Positions 9,463-21,856 of a stretch of 64,000 nucleotides of DNA are shown one piece after another; the first letter of the stretch is position 1; the number at the start of each line of letters is the position of its first letter. The notes below the pieces were generated by a model. It did not search any database, had not been told where the DNA came from, and was given only the letters and a program-made list of their open reading frames with translations. The stretch spans positions 237,150,001 to 237,214,000 of the forward strand of contig NC_091471.1 of assembly GCF_036971445.1 (NCBI RefSeq), written 5' to 3'. A program made the translations under genes and the position numbers. This stretch comes from Narcine bancroftii. Its lineage: Eukaryota.

Positions 9463-11834
9463 GTGGCAATGACAAGGTAAAGTTACAACCCAGCTTCTGT
9501 CCAGGATAGACATCTAGCAGGGAACAATCCCGAATTTGACAATATTATTCAAATATTTAACCTCACTAAGAACAAATAACTGCGATGAAAAACTTGTATA
9601 CAATATGGGTCTGAGGTTTGCGCACAGCATGACTACTGCATTTAACTGAGCTGAGAACTTGACACGGATATGGTCACAGAAATATTCTTTTCTCCAAACC
9701 TTGATGAAGTAGAAGTAACTTCTTACCAACTACCATAAAGTCAATGAAGAATATCCATGGATTAGTGGGAGGGAGTTCTGAATGTTTTAAGATAGTGTTA
9801 GTGGAATATCATGAATTAGACCCTGAAATTGTTCCCATTCTCGCCACCAGAACCCAGACTGAATTATCGGATTTCACATTACTTGAACTTATCACATCTG
9901 CCTCAACGCCTCAACAATATATTGACTTAAAGAGGATTAATCTCACACTGCTCCCTATTTTTTTTCCAATGCAAACCCTGAACTTGGAGATAAATTGTCT
10001 GGTATTTAACGTGACTGTAGAAAGAGGATGTTAAAAATTAAGGGTAAGAGTGAACATGAGGATAAATGTCCATCAATCTGTTTTAAAATCTTTCCTCATC
10101 CCCTCACATATCCATTTCATTTTTCAATTAGTTTGCTTTTGTTGTAATTTTAATACTTACCTTATGAAACTGTGAACTTACACCTCATTCCAGCATCACA
10201 GTGTCGAGCACTCATTGGTCAGATATGATCCACACAGGCAAAACAAGAAGAATATTAGGATCCAGAGCAGGCCAGTAATCCCCTTGAGCTTGCTCTCCAA
10301 TAGTCGATCTGCACTCACACATCATCCACCTGTACTTAGACCATTAAAATGGGTCACATTAAAATTTGGGGCACATTAAAATGTCTTCAGCAACTACTTT
10401 AATCTCAACTTTCCCATTGTGTGTGACATTTACCTTGACAGCAGCACCATTAATAGGCCAGATAGAGTTCATCCAAGGCTGTACCTCTTCTCTGCTCCTC
10501 CGCCCCATTCTCATTGAATACCATCGTCCAACAATTACGCTTAGATGCTTACATTAACCTCAATGGCCCAGCCTCTCAAAATCCCCATGTCAAATAAACA
10601 CATTAAGGTCACTTCTCCACCTTTGTGGCATGCTTTGCTGTTGGTAGAAATCCTGGAAAAAGACAAGGTATGTGCAATTTGAGCAAAATCGGAATCTGAA
10701 GACTAGACCTCCATCTCTGCTTCTGGGCACTATTCCACCCCTTCAAGTTGTCAGAATCAAGACATGTTGATGAAGATTGAAGTGTACCATTGTGCATAGT
10801 GGTGTCACAGAAAACATCTTTCAAAACACGGCCTTGAATGTGTTCGAAATAAAGAAATGAGTTTTGGCTCAGTTTATCTGTCTTGCTGCAGTTTTTTTAT
10901 GAGCTACTTGTCAACTCACTATAAACAACAAAGCAAATAAAAGTAATGAACAACACTATTAAACCTCAAGGAGGCAAAGCTGAACCTCTGCAGTGCTGCA
11001 GGCAAAAGAACACAAGAGGCAGTAGGCCAGCCAACCCATTCACCATTCATTAACATCATGACTGATGGACTTGGCCTCAATACTACCCCTGTAGCCCAGA
11101 CAGCTTCTGGATTGCAACATGAGCATTCAGCCATGATTTGGTGACTTAAGACATGTAGGGAGGAGGCAGATCTGATCATCTCCTGTGGCAAGAATTGTGA
11201 TATCAGATGAAAAGAAACAACACAGAAAATTAAATCACAAGCAATAAAATGCCTTGATGAGGTAAGTCATGAGAGCAGTACAAGAGAGGTTCAAATAGGG
11301 AAGGAAAATCTTAAGGCTAAAAGCAGGAAGACATTCTTCACACACAGAATATACTTCGGAGTTGTGCAAGGGAGGCAAAGGCCAGCCAGAGGCATTCATA
11401 TGGAGACACGGATTGAACAAAAAAAACCCAAACTGCTGGAGAAACTCAACAGGTCAGGCAGAAGGAGGGTTGACATTTCAGATCAAAATCCTGCATCAGG
11501 ACAGGTTGGCTGTGCTCACTGAAATCGCAGTCCTTTTGGCTGACTAGTCTTCCCCCTCCTCCTGCATCTTCTACTTAACAAGTCAATCAACAATCTAGTG
11601 TTGTCTGTTCATCAAGAATCCCAAGGTTAGTTGCAGCATTGTTAAAAGTTTTCATTACTAATCTTTGGCATTTTAACCAGATGTCAGATTTTCAAGATCA
11701 ATGCAATAACCTGCTAGGTCTAGGATCCTTCTAGCAAAGCAGCAGAGATCCCAGTACTGTGGTCATTCCTATATGCAAGAGGAAATCAACTCAATTGCTG
11801 GGTCAAGTCTAGGTTCCGAAAAGACATTATGTAA

Positions 11835-12065
11835 TACGGGTGGTTAGCATAATGGCGCTACAGTGCCAGCGACTGGGACTGGGGTTCGAATCGCAAGCTG
11901 TAAGGAGTGGTACATTCTCCCCCTTGTCTGCGTGGGTTTTCCCCGAGGGCTCCAGTCTCCTCCCTCCATTTGAAGTGTACTGGGGGCTGTAAATTAATTG
12001 GGTGTAATTGGACGGCATGGGCTCGTGGGCCAGAAGGGCCTGCTGCCGTGCTGTGTCTAATTTTA
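11835..12065 (+). mobile_element. V-SINE (HE1-like)
   Basis: GGTTAGCATAATGG..GGGGTTCGAATC B-box; V-domain TGTAAGGAG..CTCCAGTCTCCTCCC. Confidence 0.75.
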
Positions 12066-12239
12066 AAAAAAAATGAAACACCTTGCGTGACCTTAAGATG
12101 CACAAAAGTGGCTCATTGCCCATGATAGGATTGGCCACACTTCAACAAAGACAATGTCATAACCCCGGGCTCACAGAAACATGACAGCGATTATTTTAGT
12201 GATGACGGAGAATGATAAACACGAACCTGGACAACACGG

Positions 12240-12420
12240 AGAACTGCCCTCTTCAAGACACTTTCATGGCATCTTTTCCGTCGCCTGAGGGCAGATGGGG
12301 CCACGGTTGAAGTGAGTCATTCGAAAAGTATCACCTCCAATTGTGCAATGCCTCCTCAATTCCACAATGGAAATTTCAGCCTACATAACATATTCTGCAC
12401 ACAGCACGGGACTTGGACAG
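12240..12420 (-). mobile_element. Ancient Deu-SINE (AmnSINE1/SacSINE1-like) remnant
   Basis: ATGGCATCTTTTCCGTCGCCTGAGGGCAGATGGGGCCACGGTTGAAG..TCATTCGAAAAGTATCACCTCC resembles the reverse complement of the Deu domain (recalled from memory). Confidence 0.55.
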
Positions 12421-12624
12421 ATGGAACTTTTCAGAACAAATTAAATGAATTACAATGAACAATGAGCCAGATGGTGTTTACATATTGAATCAGAACTGTA
12501 AATTTCAGGGTTTTAACTTCAGAATTTGCATTTTACAACAATATCACTTACGATACTGACCAAAAATTAAGTTTGAATAACTTGTGATAGGAACTTGCAA
12601 GCAGCAGGGGTCCACTGATGCCAG

Positions 12625-13185
12625 CATAGAACAATTGAACACTACAGCACAGAAAACAGGCCATTTGGGCCATCTAGACTGTGCTGAAACATCATACTGC
12701 TAGTTCCACTGACCTGCACCTATTCCATAACCCTCCAGACTTCTCCCATCCATGCATCGATCCAACATTTTTAAAACTTATTAAGTGAGTCCGCATTTAC
12801 TATGTCAGATGGCAGCTCGTTCCACATTTCTACCACTCTGAGTAAAATGGTTCCCCCTAAACCTTTCCCTTTTCACCCTAAAGCCCATATCCCCTTGTAT
12901 TTATCTCATCTAAGTAGAAAAAGCCTACTTGCATTTACTCTGACTACACCCCTCATAATTTTTAAAACCTCTATCGAGCTATCCTTATCTTGGGGTTGTG
13001 GGGCTGCTCAATGAGCGAATGGCGAGGACAGCAAAAAAAAAAAACCAACCTCTATCAAACCCCCCCTCATTCTTCTACGCTCCAAGGAATAAAATCCTAA
13101 CCTATTTAATCTTTCCCTGCAACTCAAGTCCTGAAGACCCAGCAACATCCTAGTAAATCTTCTCTGCACTCTTTCAATCTTACTG
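12625..13185 (-). mobile_element. CR1-clade LINE 3' fragment
   Basis: ATAGAACAATTGAACACTACAGCACAG..GGCCAT tail; CCCCTCATTCTTCTACGCTCCAAGGAATAAAATCCTAACC..GTAAATCTTCTCTGCACTCTTTC reverse CR1 motifs. Confidence 0.7.
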
Positions 13186-13914
13186 ATGGCTGGTAATCAG
13201 TCAATCTGGCCAGGATGCCATGGAAAGAGGCTGTGTGCTCAGAACTGTGACATAGGTTTTCTTGCACCCCTGTCTGGGATAGCACCTCACCTTAATGGTA
13301 GAATCTCCACAATAGTGCATGTCTCTGGAGAGACAGCAGTGATCAAGCTCAGAAGAGTCACACAGCACAGAACAGGCCCTGCAGCCGAACTGTTGGCATC
13401 CTGGGTAAGCCCCATTTGGATAGTGTCCTACTAAACCCATCTTACCCATACACATGCCCAAGTGTATTTTCAAAGTCATTATTGTACTCACTTCTAGAGC
13501 TTCCTCTGGCAGCTTGTTCTAGGTATGGACCACCTTTGTGTGATGTTGGTCAACATGGCTCTCCACCTCACCACCAAATTCATAATAAATATGAATAGCT
13601 GAGGCTCCAACAATTGGAAAGACACCCGATCATACCAATAAGAGGACCTGCTAACTACCGCTGTAAATGTTAATTTCTTGAGATGAGTCTTTTTACTATG
13701 AATTCCATGATCAAGCATTGTTATCAAATCAACATATGGAACATTAGGCGCTGAATGGGTTGGTTATTTCCCAGCTTTGCCTCTCAATGGGCCTAGAAAT
13801 GCTCTCCATCATAGCTTCCACATGAAGGATTCTAGTTTTGTTGCTGCTTGTTTTCTATTTTTTCCTTCACCATCTTTTTTGCTGCTTTTTAATTTTATTA
13901 TGGTCTTTTCTTAT

Positions 13915-14750
13915 CAAGGATGTGTACTTAGCCCACTGTTCTACTCATTCTACACCCATGACTGTGTGGCAGGGCACTATTCAAATGCCATCTACAAATT
14001 TGCCGATGGTGCCACAGTTGCCGGCAGAATCACAGATGGCAGTGAGGAAGCCTACAGGAGGGAAAGAGATCAACTAGTTGAATGGATGTAACGACAACCT
14101 TTCACGCAACATAAGCAAAACTAAAGAGTCATTGTGGACTTCAGGTGAAAATCAGAAAAGGAACCAGATCTTATCGAGGGGTCAGCAGTGAAGAGGGTAA
14201 GGAACTTCAAATTCCTGGGTGTAAACATCTCTGAAGATTTATCCTGGAACCTCACTGACAATGAAATCATGAAGAAGACTCGCAATGTCTATGCTTTGTG
14301 AGAAGTTTGAGAAGATTTGGTATCACCAAAGACTCTGAAAATTTCTACAGGTGGAGAGCATTCGGTCTGGTTGCATCACCGTCTGGTACAGAGGTGCCAA
14401 TGCACAGGACAGGAAAAGAAACTAGAGTTGCTAAACTCGGCCAACACCATCATGGGCACCACTCCATCGAGGACATCTACAAGAGAAGATGTCTTCTCTA
14501 CCCCCACTGCCCAGGCCATGCCCTCTTCACTCTGCTACCGTCAGGAAGGAGATACAAGAGCCTGAAGACGGCACCCAATGCTCTTCCCTCCCCACCCCAC
14601 CAGATTTCTGAATGAACAATGAACCACAGACACGACTTCACTTTCTTTTTTCCTTGCACTAATTTATTTTTGAAATGTACTGCAATTGCACTCCTTATAC
14701 TGCTGCAAAACGACGAGTTTAATGACATGTTCATGACAACAAATTCGGAT
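13915..14750 (+). mobile_element. Rex1/Babar-type LINE, degenerate RT and 3' end
   Basis: QGCVLSPLFYSFYTHDCVAGHYSNAIYKFADGATVAGRIT (RT motifs) and HPGHALFTLLPSGRRYKSL-like C-terminus, broken by stops and frameshifts. Confidence 0.8.
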
Positions 14751-15163
14751 TCCCTGTGGTATGTTCATTTCTCTTGCCTGATTATTTTTATTTAGTTTTC
14801 TCCCTTTTTCATTCTTCTCCATTGTAAAAAAATCCAAAATATAAAGAACCCTTCCTTAACCATTGATGTCGGCTAACAGCCAAAGGCACCCTCAGCAAGG
14901 GTGCACAGAGCCCTGACAAACACTAATAAGATTGTGAGCTTTTTAAATCTCCTTCACTGGGAATCAGGGAGGGACCAGGGAAAGGAATCAGCTCCAGTTA
15001 ACTGCAGACTGCCAGTTGTCACTCAGCCTGCAGCAGAGTCGGTCGGTGTACCTTCCTCAGCAGCAGAATGCTCGGAGTTATTTGAACAGAAGAGATGCAT
15101 TGATTTGGTATCTGAACATGCCCAGGCAGTGGGCTTCTCCTGCTCAGCTTTCTACACATATGA

Positions 15164-15589
<426 letters not shown>

Positions 15590-16139
15590 TGAATTTTGCA
15601 TTGTGATTTAGTTTCAGTACAATTTATATTGTAAAATGCCTAAGTGTTATATTCCTTAAAATAAATTGGAATCAGAAAGCAATTGCCAGCATTATGAGAA
15701 GCTGTTATACTGTCAGAGGCTTTAAATTCAGGTTAAAAACACCATACTGGAGAAATTTAGCTGATCAAACAGTGTCCTTTATGCAGCAAAGATAAAGATA
15801 CATGTACAACATTTGGCTTAAGCCCTTCCACAAGGAACAAGGAAAATGTAGGCAGGTGCCCGAACAAAAAAAAAAATGGAATTCAGGTGCCTTGTACATG
15901 CTCAAATGGACCTTAACGTTCCCTAATTTCTGCTTTATGACAACAAAGCTCTCTCATGTACTAGTCTGTAACAGCCTCAACTGATCATGCCCTTTAATTG
16001 CCGATTATGGATATGGTTTGATGAGATCACAATCTTGCTTGCCTAAAAAAAATCTTTAAAATTGTTAACAATAAGTTATGAAAATCTCTGAAGTTTACCA
16101 TTTGCAATCTAGCATGGTCAAGTCTATTTTCCTTATTCC

Positions 16140-16420
16140 AAGAGACTCAAGAGAGCACAACTTCAGGATTGAAGGGTGCCCATTTAAAAGGAATTTCCTT
16201 AGCCAGAGCGGTGAACTTCTTGAATTTGCTGGCATGGGTGGTTGTGGAGGCCAAGTCGTTGGGTGTGTTTAAGGCAGAGATTGACAAGTATCTGAATAGT
16301 CAGGGTATCAAAGGTAATGGGAAGAATTCAGGGGAGTGGAGCTGAGTGGGAGATTGGAGATGGAATAGTGCAGCGGACTCGATGGGCCAAATGGCCTACA
16401 TTATCTATCTTATGGTCTTA
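16140..16420 (+). mobile_element. CR1-clade LINE 3' fragment
   Basis: TTTAAGGCAGAGATTGAC..AGTCAGGGTATCAAAGG..GACTCGATGGGCCAAATGGCCTAC..TCTTATGGTCTTA tail. Confidence 0.7.
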
Positions 16421-18335
16421 CATGCTAACTGGTCTTATCAAATAAAGAGATCGTGGACCTCATACTACAAAGTTTACTGGCAACCCATGGATCAACAGCA
16501 ATATGATACTAATGTAATGTAAGCTACTTCCAGATGGTGGACTTGGTAACTGCAGCTGGGTTTTTTATGGGTCAGAATAATAATCAAATGAATGCATTAA
16601 TATTGGGCTTGAGGAGAGATGTGAGGGGGAACCACCTTGGCAACAAAAGGCAGAAATGCATAAAGATACTAGACTAAGTGAGGTGCATGTCACCCTGGAG
16701 GTATCAATGGAGCTCCAAAGATACATTCAAATAGTACCATTCTCTTCTTTTGCCAAGACCCTTGCAGAAGCAGAGTTGGGCAGAGGTTAGCTTTAATTAA
16801 ACACCTATTCTTTGGATATCAATGGGTTATTTGATCAGACAATCCATTAGAGTGCTGGTTTGAGAAATTCATTTCACTTCTCCATCTTCCTGGTCATGTC
16901 ACCAATCAAATACCATGACCCAGATGTACCACAGGTTCCTTACAGATCAAACATTTACTTCAAAGCAAAACTATAAGAGATTACCAGGGGCATATGCTTC
17001 TACAGAGAGATGTGCATTCACCAACCAAGCCCTCAACTCCCTCAAGTTTACAATATTCAAATAATTCAACGAGTCACATGTTGAAGATGACCAAAGAGGG
17101 GTTGGGATCTGCCCCCTTTCAAAATTCTATGGGTGCTGAAAAATCAATTCAACACAAAAATACCAGGAGTACTCTGTTGAGACAGGAGTTACTATTTCAG
17201 ATATCAGAATTTTTTTATTCCTGATGAATTCTGAGCACTCCAGGCATCCATTCTGAAACACTAAAAAAGAGCTTTCAGCCATCAAATTGGCAAGGAGGTT
17301 ATTACTTCAAAAGGGTGATCTGCTGAGCACCATCCCTCAAGCCCTCCGTTAATCTGGTGTTTGCAGCAAATCGCAGTAATTTATTGAGAAAGCTGGATGA
17401 CCCATAATCCATGTCTATTTAAACTAAAAACTTCTACATCTCCATCTGTTCAACAGAAGTGACAGTTTAATCACTTCTGCATTGGGAGCCTATGAACATT
17501 CAGTATTGAGAGAAATGACAGGTGTAAATCCTTTATTTGTTCTATGTTGGGCCCATTAAGTCCAGTTATAAGTGCGCACAATTGATAATCTCATTACATT
17601 GCTCTGAATTAAGAGTAGTTAGTCTGTAATGAATGCAAGAATATGTCCACCTCCATTAATCAAACTGTATGCCCTGAAAAGGCCACAGCATTGATAGGTA
17701 ACTCAACACACATAGTTCACTGCTCCGTCTGTAACATGGCAACCTGCCTCAAACTTATCTTGAGCGATAATAACTACAATGAGCTCTCATTCCTAATGGC
17801 CTCAAAAAACAATCATCTTACATAAATAGCAGTTATTTATTTTAATCTAAAATGCTACATTTTAGATGCCGATATCTTGTATAGTGTGAAATAAATGTTC
17901 AACTTGGAAATGGAGCTGTGTGTCGTAACTTAGAAGTTTAATTATTGGATAAAAACCTGTTTGATGCAAAGAAAGGCCCCAAAAAGGCTGGGTGACACTG
18001 GTAAAGGCTTCATTAACAAAAGCATCAGTTGCAGCGAGACTGCGTTAGATCTCCTGTTCTGGAGCAGAGGTATACCAGAATGATACTTGTGACAGAGAAT
18101 GGGAAACTACGATTGGTCCTAGAGCAGAGAGGGTTAAAGGATGAGATAATGGCAGTAGTTAAATTTATGAGGTGCTTTGATGAAAAAAAAATGAGAAAAG
18201 GTTTTCATTGCCAGGAGTGTTGTAATCAGAGGATACAGATTTAATATGATATTACATAACATTCTCAACAGTGTATTAGTTAGAAATGTATGGATTAAAG
18301 CAAGCTGCATTCACTCAAATGTTTCCATCCAATAG

Positions 18336-18664
18336 ATTGTATATTTGGACCGAGACAGCAACCAAGTGAGACTGGCACTGGTCTCAAGTGCATCACACCT
18401 GAAACAGCTTCGTTTTCGCTCCAGAATTGGGAGGAAATCTTCATCCCAGCAGAGGAGACCCTGTATCTTCCTCAGGAGATGCAACTTCAGAATCGAGAAT
18501 ACAGGGATGGATTGACCAAAGAGGATGCTGACGACAAAAGCTTTATTCCATCAGTAATACCAACCAATCCTATTCAAATCCCACCTTCTCCAACAGGCAG
18601 CAATTTTATTCTGAATGATGTGAATAAATCGGTCAAATTTACTCATGATATTTTTGCTCCTTGA
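18336..18664 (+). CDS. SMIM44-like protein, coding exon 2 (total 190 aa)
   Basis: Acceptor gtttccatccaatAG; the phase-1 join gives FA-D-CIFGP (family motif LADWAFGP); frame continues into listed ORF 18479-18664. Confidence 0.75.
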
Positions 18665-18959
18665 AATATAAATAATCCTTAATGCATTTCCAGAGCTAGA
18701 AGAACCCAAATAATTAAATATGCAAACCAAGATGACACTAACTATTATCACATATCATTTGGCCGACAGACATGAATACAAGACAGGAAGGACAAGGAAA
18801 GATCAAATCAATAGCCTGCCTTCTCATAGCGCCCAAGGTTCTTTAAAGAAATATTCTTGTTCTTTAGCCCTTCTACCCCTGCCTGTTAAAGTTCTAATCA
18901 TGTTTGCATGTTAACTTCCCTGCCCTGTGAGTTACTTCAGATATTTACCATCTTTTAAA

Positions 18960-19190
18960 TTTTTAAATTCAAATTTAGACATCAGCACGATAACAGGTCC
19001 TTCCAGCCCACAAGACCATGCCGCCCAATTACACCCAATTGACCTACAACCCCCATACGTTTTGAAGGGTGGGATGAAACTGGATCCCCCAGAGAAACCC
19101 CATGCAGACATGGAGTATGTACAAACTCTTTACAGACAGCCCTGGATTCAAACCCAGATTTTTGGCGCTGTAACATTGTGGTAACCATGA
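18960..19190 (-). mobile_element. V-SINE (HE1-like)
   Basis: Homologous to 2407-2650. Confidence 0.7.
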
Positions 19191-20899
19191 TACCCATTTT
19201 GTAGGAAGCTGTTCTTTCATCAAGACTTTGGCTTCAATATTCACTTTAAAAGTAGTATTTGGAACTTTATTTTATAAACCAGTCATTTATTTCCCCCTTT
19301 GATTGCTTTCTCTCTAGCTTAAAGTTTAGCATTAATTTAGGCTCTCAATACATCCTCACAACCATTCCAGGTTTCTGGTGCTATTTTCTGCACCTACACT
19401 TTACACCAACACATCAATTACTGTTAAATTATGCTTATTTTCTACATTGTGCATGAAAACTATTCAGATTTTAGACAACGCAGATGTCATCTGCTCGCCT
19501 CAGTGAAATGCCACTGGTGACAACTGCAGCTGAAAGGATAGAGATTTCTCACGATTCAAGACTGTTGCTAGCAAAGGGAAAATGTACTGAAAGCAAGCAG
19601 TAATCTCTCACTAACATAGATGCAGCATAGCATGTCTTGTGAATTCCTACTTCCTAAACAGTTCCCACATCCTGGGTACATCTCCAAAGGTTCTTACTCC
19701 AAGATGTTCCTTATTAACCATTTCATGCTTTGTCAGACTTGTGCTGTATCAGTCTTTAAACCCAATATTTTGGGCAGAAAATAAACATTTCCATAATTAT
19801 CCAGTCCTGAGCATGAAAATGTGCAGTGTGGAAGTCTCAATTTAGCCAATGTTATTCAAATTGCAGCAACGCCGCACTCTCGGAAATTGCACCAACGCAG
19901 AGGATCACAGGGATGAAGGGTTGCTACTGACCCAACTATTTGTCAGTGACTGTAAAAGGTTGTGTCTGTGGACATCAACTCCCATGAAGATATGTGAAAA
20001 CTACACCTCTATTAGAAAGGGTATTACCAAACACTTGCACAACTTGCTTTTGGTGCCTAAAGTTAGTTTGCTCGTAATGATCCCGAATAATAATAATAAT
20101 AGCCTCTAATTCACACTATTCAGCACAAGGGCAAGAATTCCTCAGATCTGACATCTCCTCACACATGCAAGAAGCTGGTCGCAAATGCATTCCTGGATGT
20201 CTTGGGTTCCAAATTTTGGTACATTCACTGATTTGGTAAGCACACCAAATTCCTTTAACTGGATGAACATTTATCCTGAACAAACAACTAAGATGACTTT
20301 GGGTTGGGCAGATCTCAGCCAAGGGGGCAATTGGAAACTACGATAACCAATATTTGTGAGTTCGACAAGTATCAATCCTTTTCTGGGAAGTGCAGGCGTG
20401 GGCATCCCAGGAACTGCAGAGCATTAGATTCAAGTGTGACAACCTCTAATGACAGACTGTTCCAGTGAATAGGCAGAGTTTATGTTACGCAAAGTTCTGG
20501 TTTCCTTTAGCATTATACAGATTATCTCCCATCTCCCCCCCCACCCCACACTGAAGTGGTAGAATGGTGAATTTTCAGGAAAAACTTGGGATACCAGCAA
20601 TATTCTCCCCTGGACACTGACATCATCACTCAAATACAAATGAACCTTCCAAAAAGAACGGCAGTTGTTGACTGAGAGAAGCACTGTGGAATATACTTCA
20701 GTTTTGTTCCATTTATTGTATTGGGTTTACAATTTAGTTTTGAAATAGATGAATGTTGTAAACAGACTCCTCGGATTCTCCCACTGAACGACATCTGAGC
20801 TGCTGACATAGCTTTCCACTTACAATTACTGTAGTGGGTTACCCAATGACCAAAACTATCTCATCTCCTTCAAATATTTTGTTACTTCATATGAAGAGT

Positions 20900-21145
20900 T
20901 ATTTAAATTTAGACATACAGCAGGGTAACAGGCCTTTCTGGCCCACGAGCCCTTGCCACCCAATTACACCCAATTAACCTACAACTGCCTGTATATTTTG
21001 AAGGGTGGGAGGAAACCAGAACACCCGGAGGAAATTCATGCGAATGTGGGGAGTGCATACAAACTCCTCACAGACAGCACTGGATTCAACCTGGATCGCT
21101 GGCACTGTAACAGTGTTGTGCTAACAGCTACACTAACCGTGCCTC
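20900..21145 (-). mobile_element. V-SINE (HE1-like)
   Basis: Homologous to 2407-2650. Confidence 0.75.
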
Positions 21146-21750
21146 CCCAAATTAGGAAGGGAGGAACTAACTGTTCTAGCACAGTGGCCCCAATTGTTCC
21201 AGCACAATGTTTCCAATTGACAACAATGAGCAAAGTTTAGATTGTATTGGAAACATTAAAACTGTAATTTGCTCAAAGTAACATGTGACACAATTCCAGC
21301 TTCCTTTTCTGTGGCTTCCAGAAATTAAGTGTAAATGTGCCAGGCTTCGGCAACATCTTCAAATATAAACACACAATGGAATGAGCCAACATTGTCATGG
21401 GCAAGTTGGGCCGAAGAGCCCGTTTCCACGTTGCACGACCATGCTGGAGCTTAGCGGGCCAAGCAGCACCACCAACATCAACCATTCTTCTCCCCCCGCA
21501 CATATGCTGCTTGACCTGCCAAGTTCTAGTTGTCTTTTTGCTCCGGATTCCACCAACCACAGTCTCATTCAATATTTAGGCAATTAAAATGACATGCCTG
21601 AAAGAGAGTAAAATATGGCCCAAGCTCCAAAGCCTGAAGATGTTTAATTCCTCCTTCCCCAGTCCCTGAATTTAAATAAAGTGAAACCTTGTCCAGGTTA
21701 AAGTGTCAAGCAGGAATCCTGCTGCACGAGTCTATCTGAAGACTAGGACT

Positions 21751-21856
21751 CTAGCAGTCGAGGCGGCACACGGGGCTGTCATACACCATCTGCAAGTTCA
21801 CCTTGTGGCCCACTAGTTCACGAATGTTGTTGATTCCATACTTGATCATGGTTGGC
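21751..21856 (-). CDS. FARSA: FARSA exon 13 ([34 protein letters not shown])
   Basis: Acceptor ttcctcctAG; TAG stop at 21751-21753. Confidence 0.95.
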
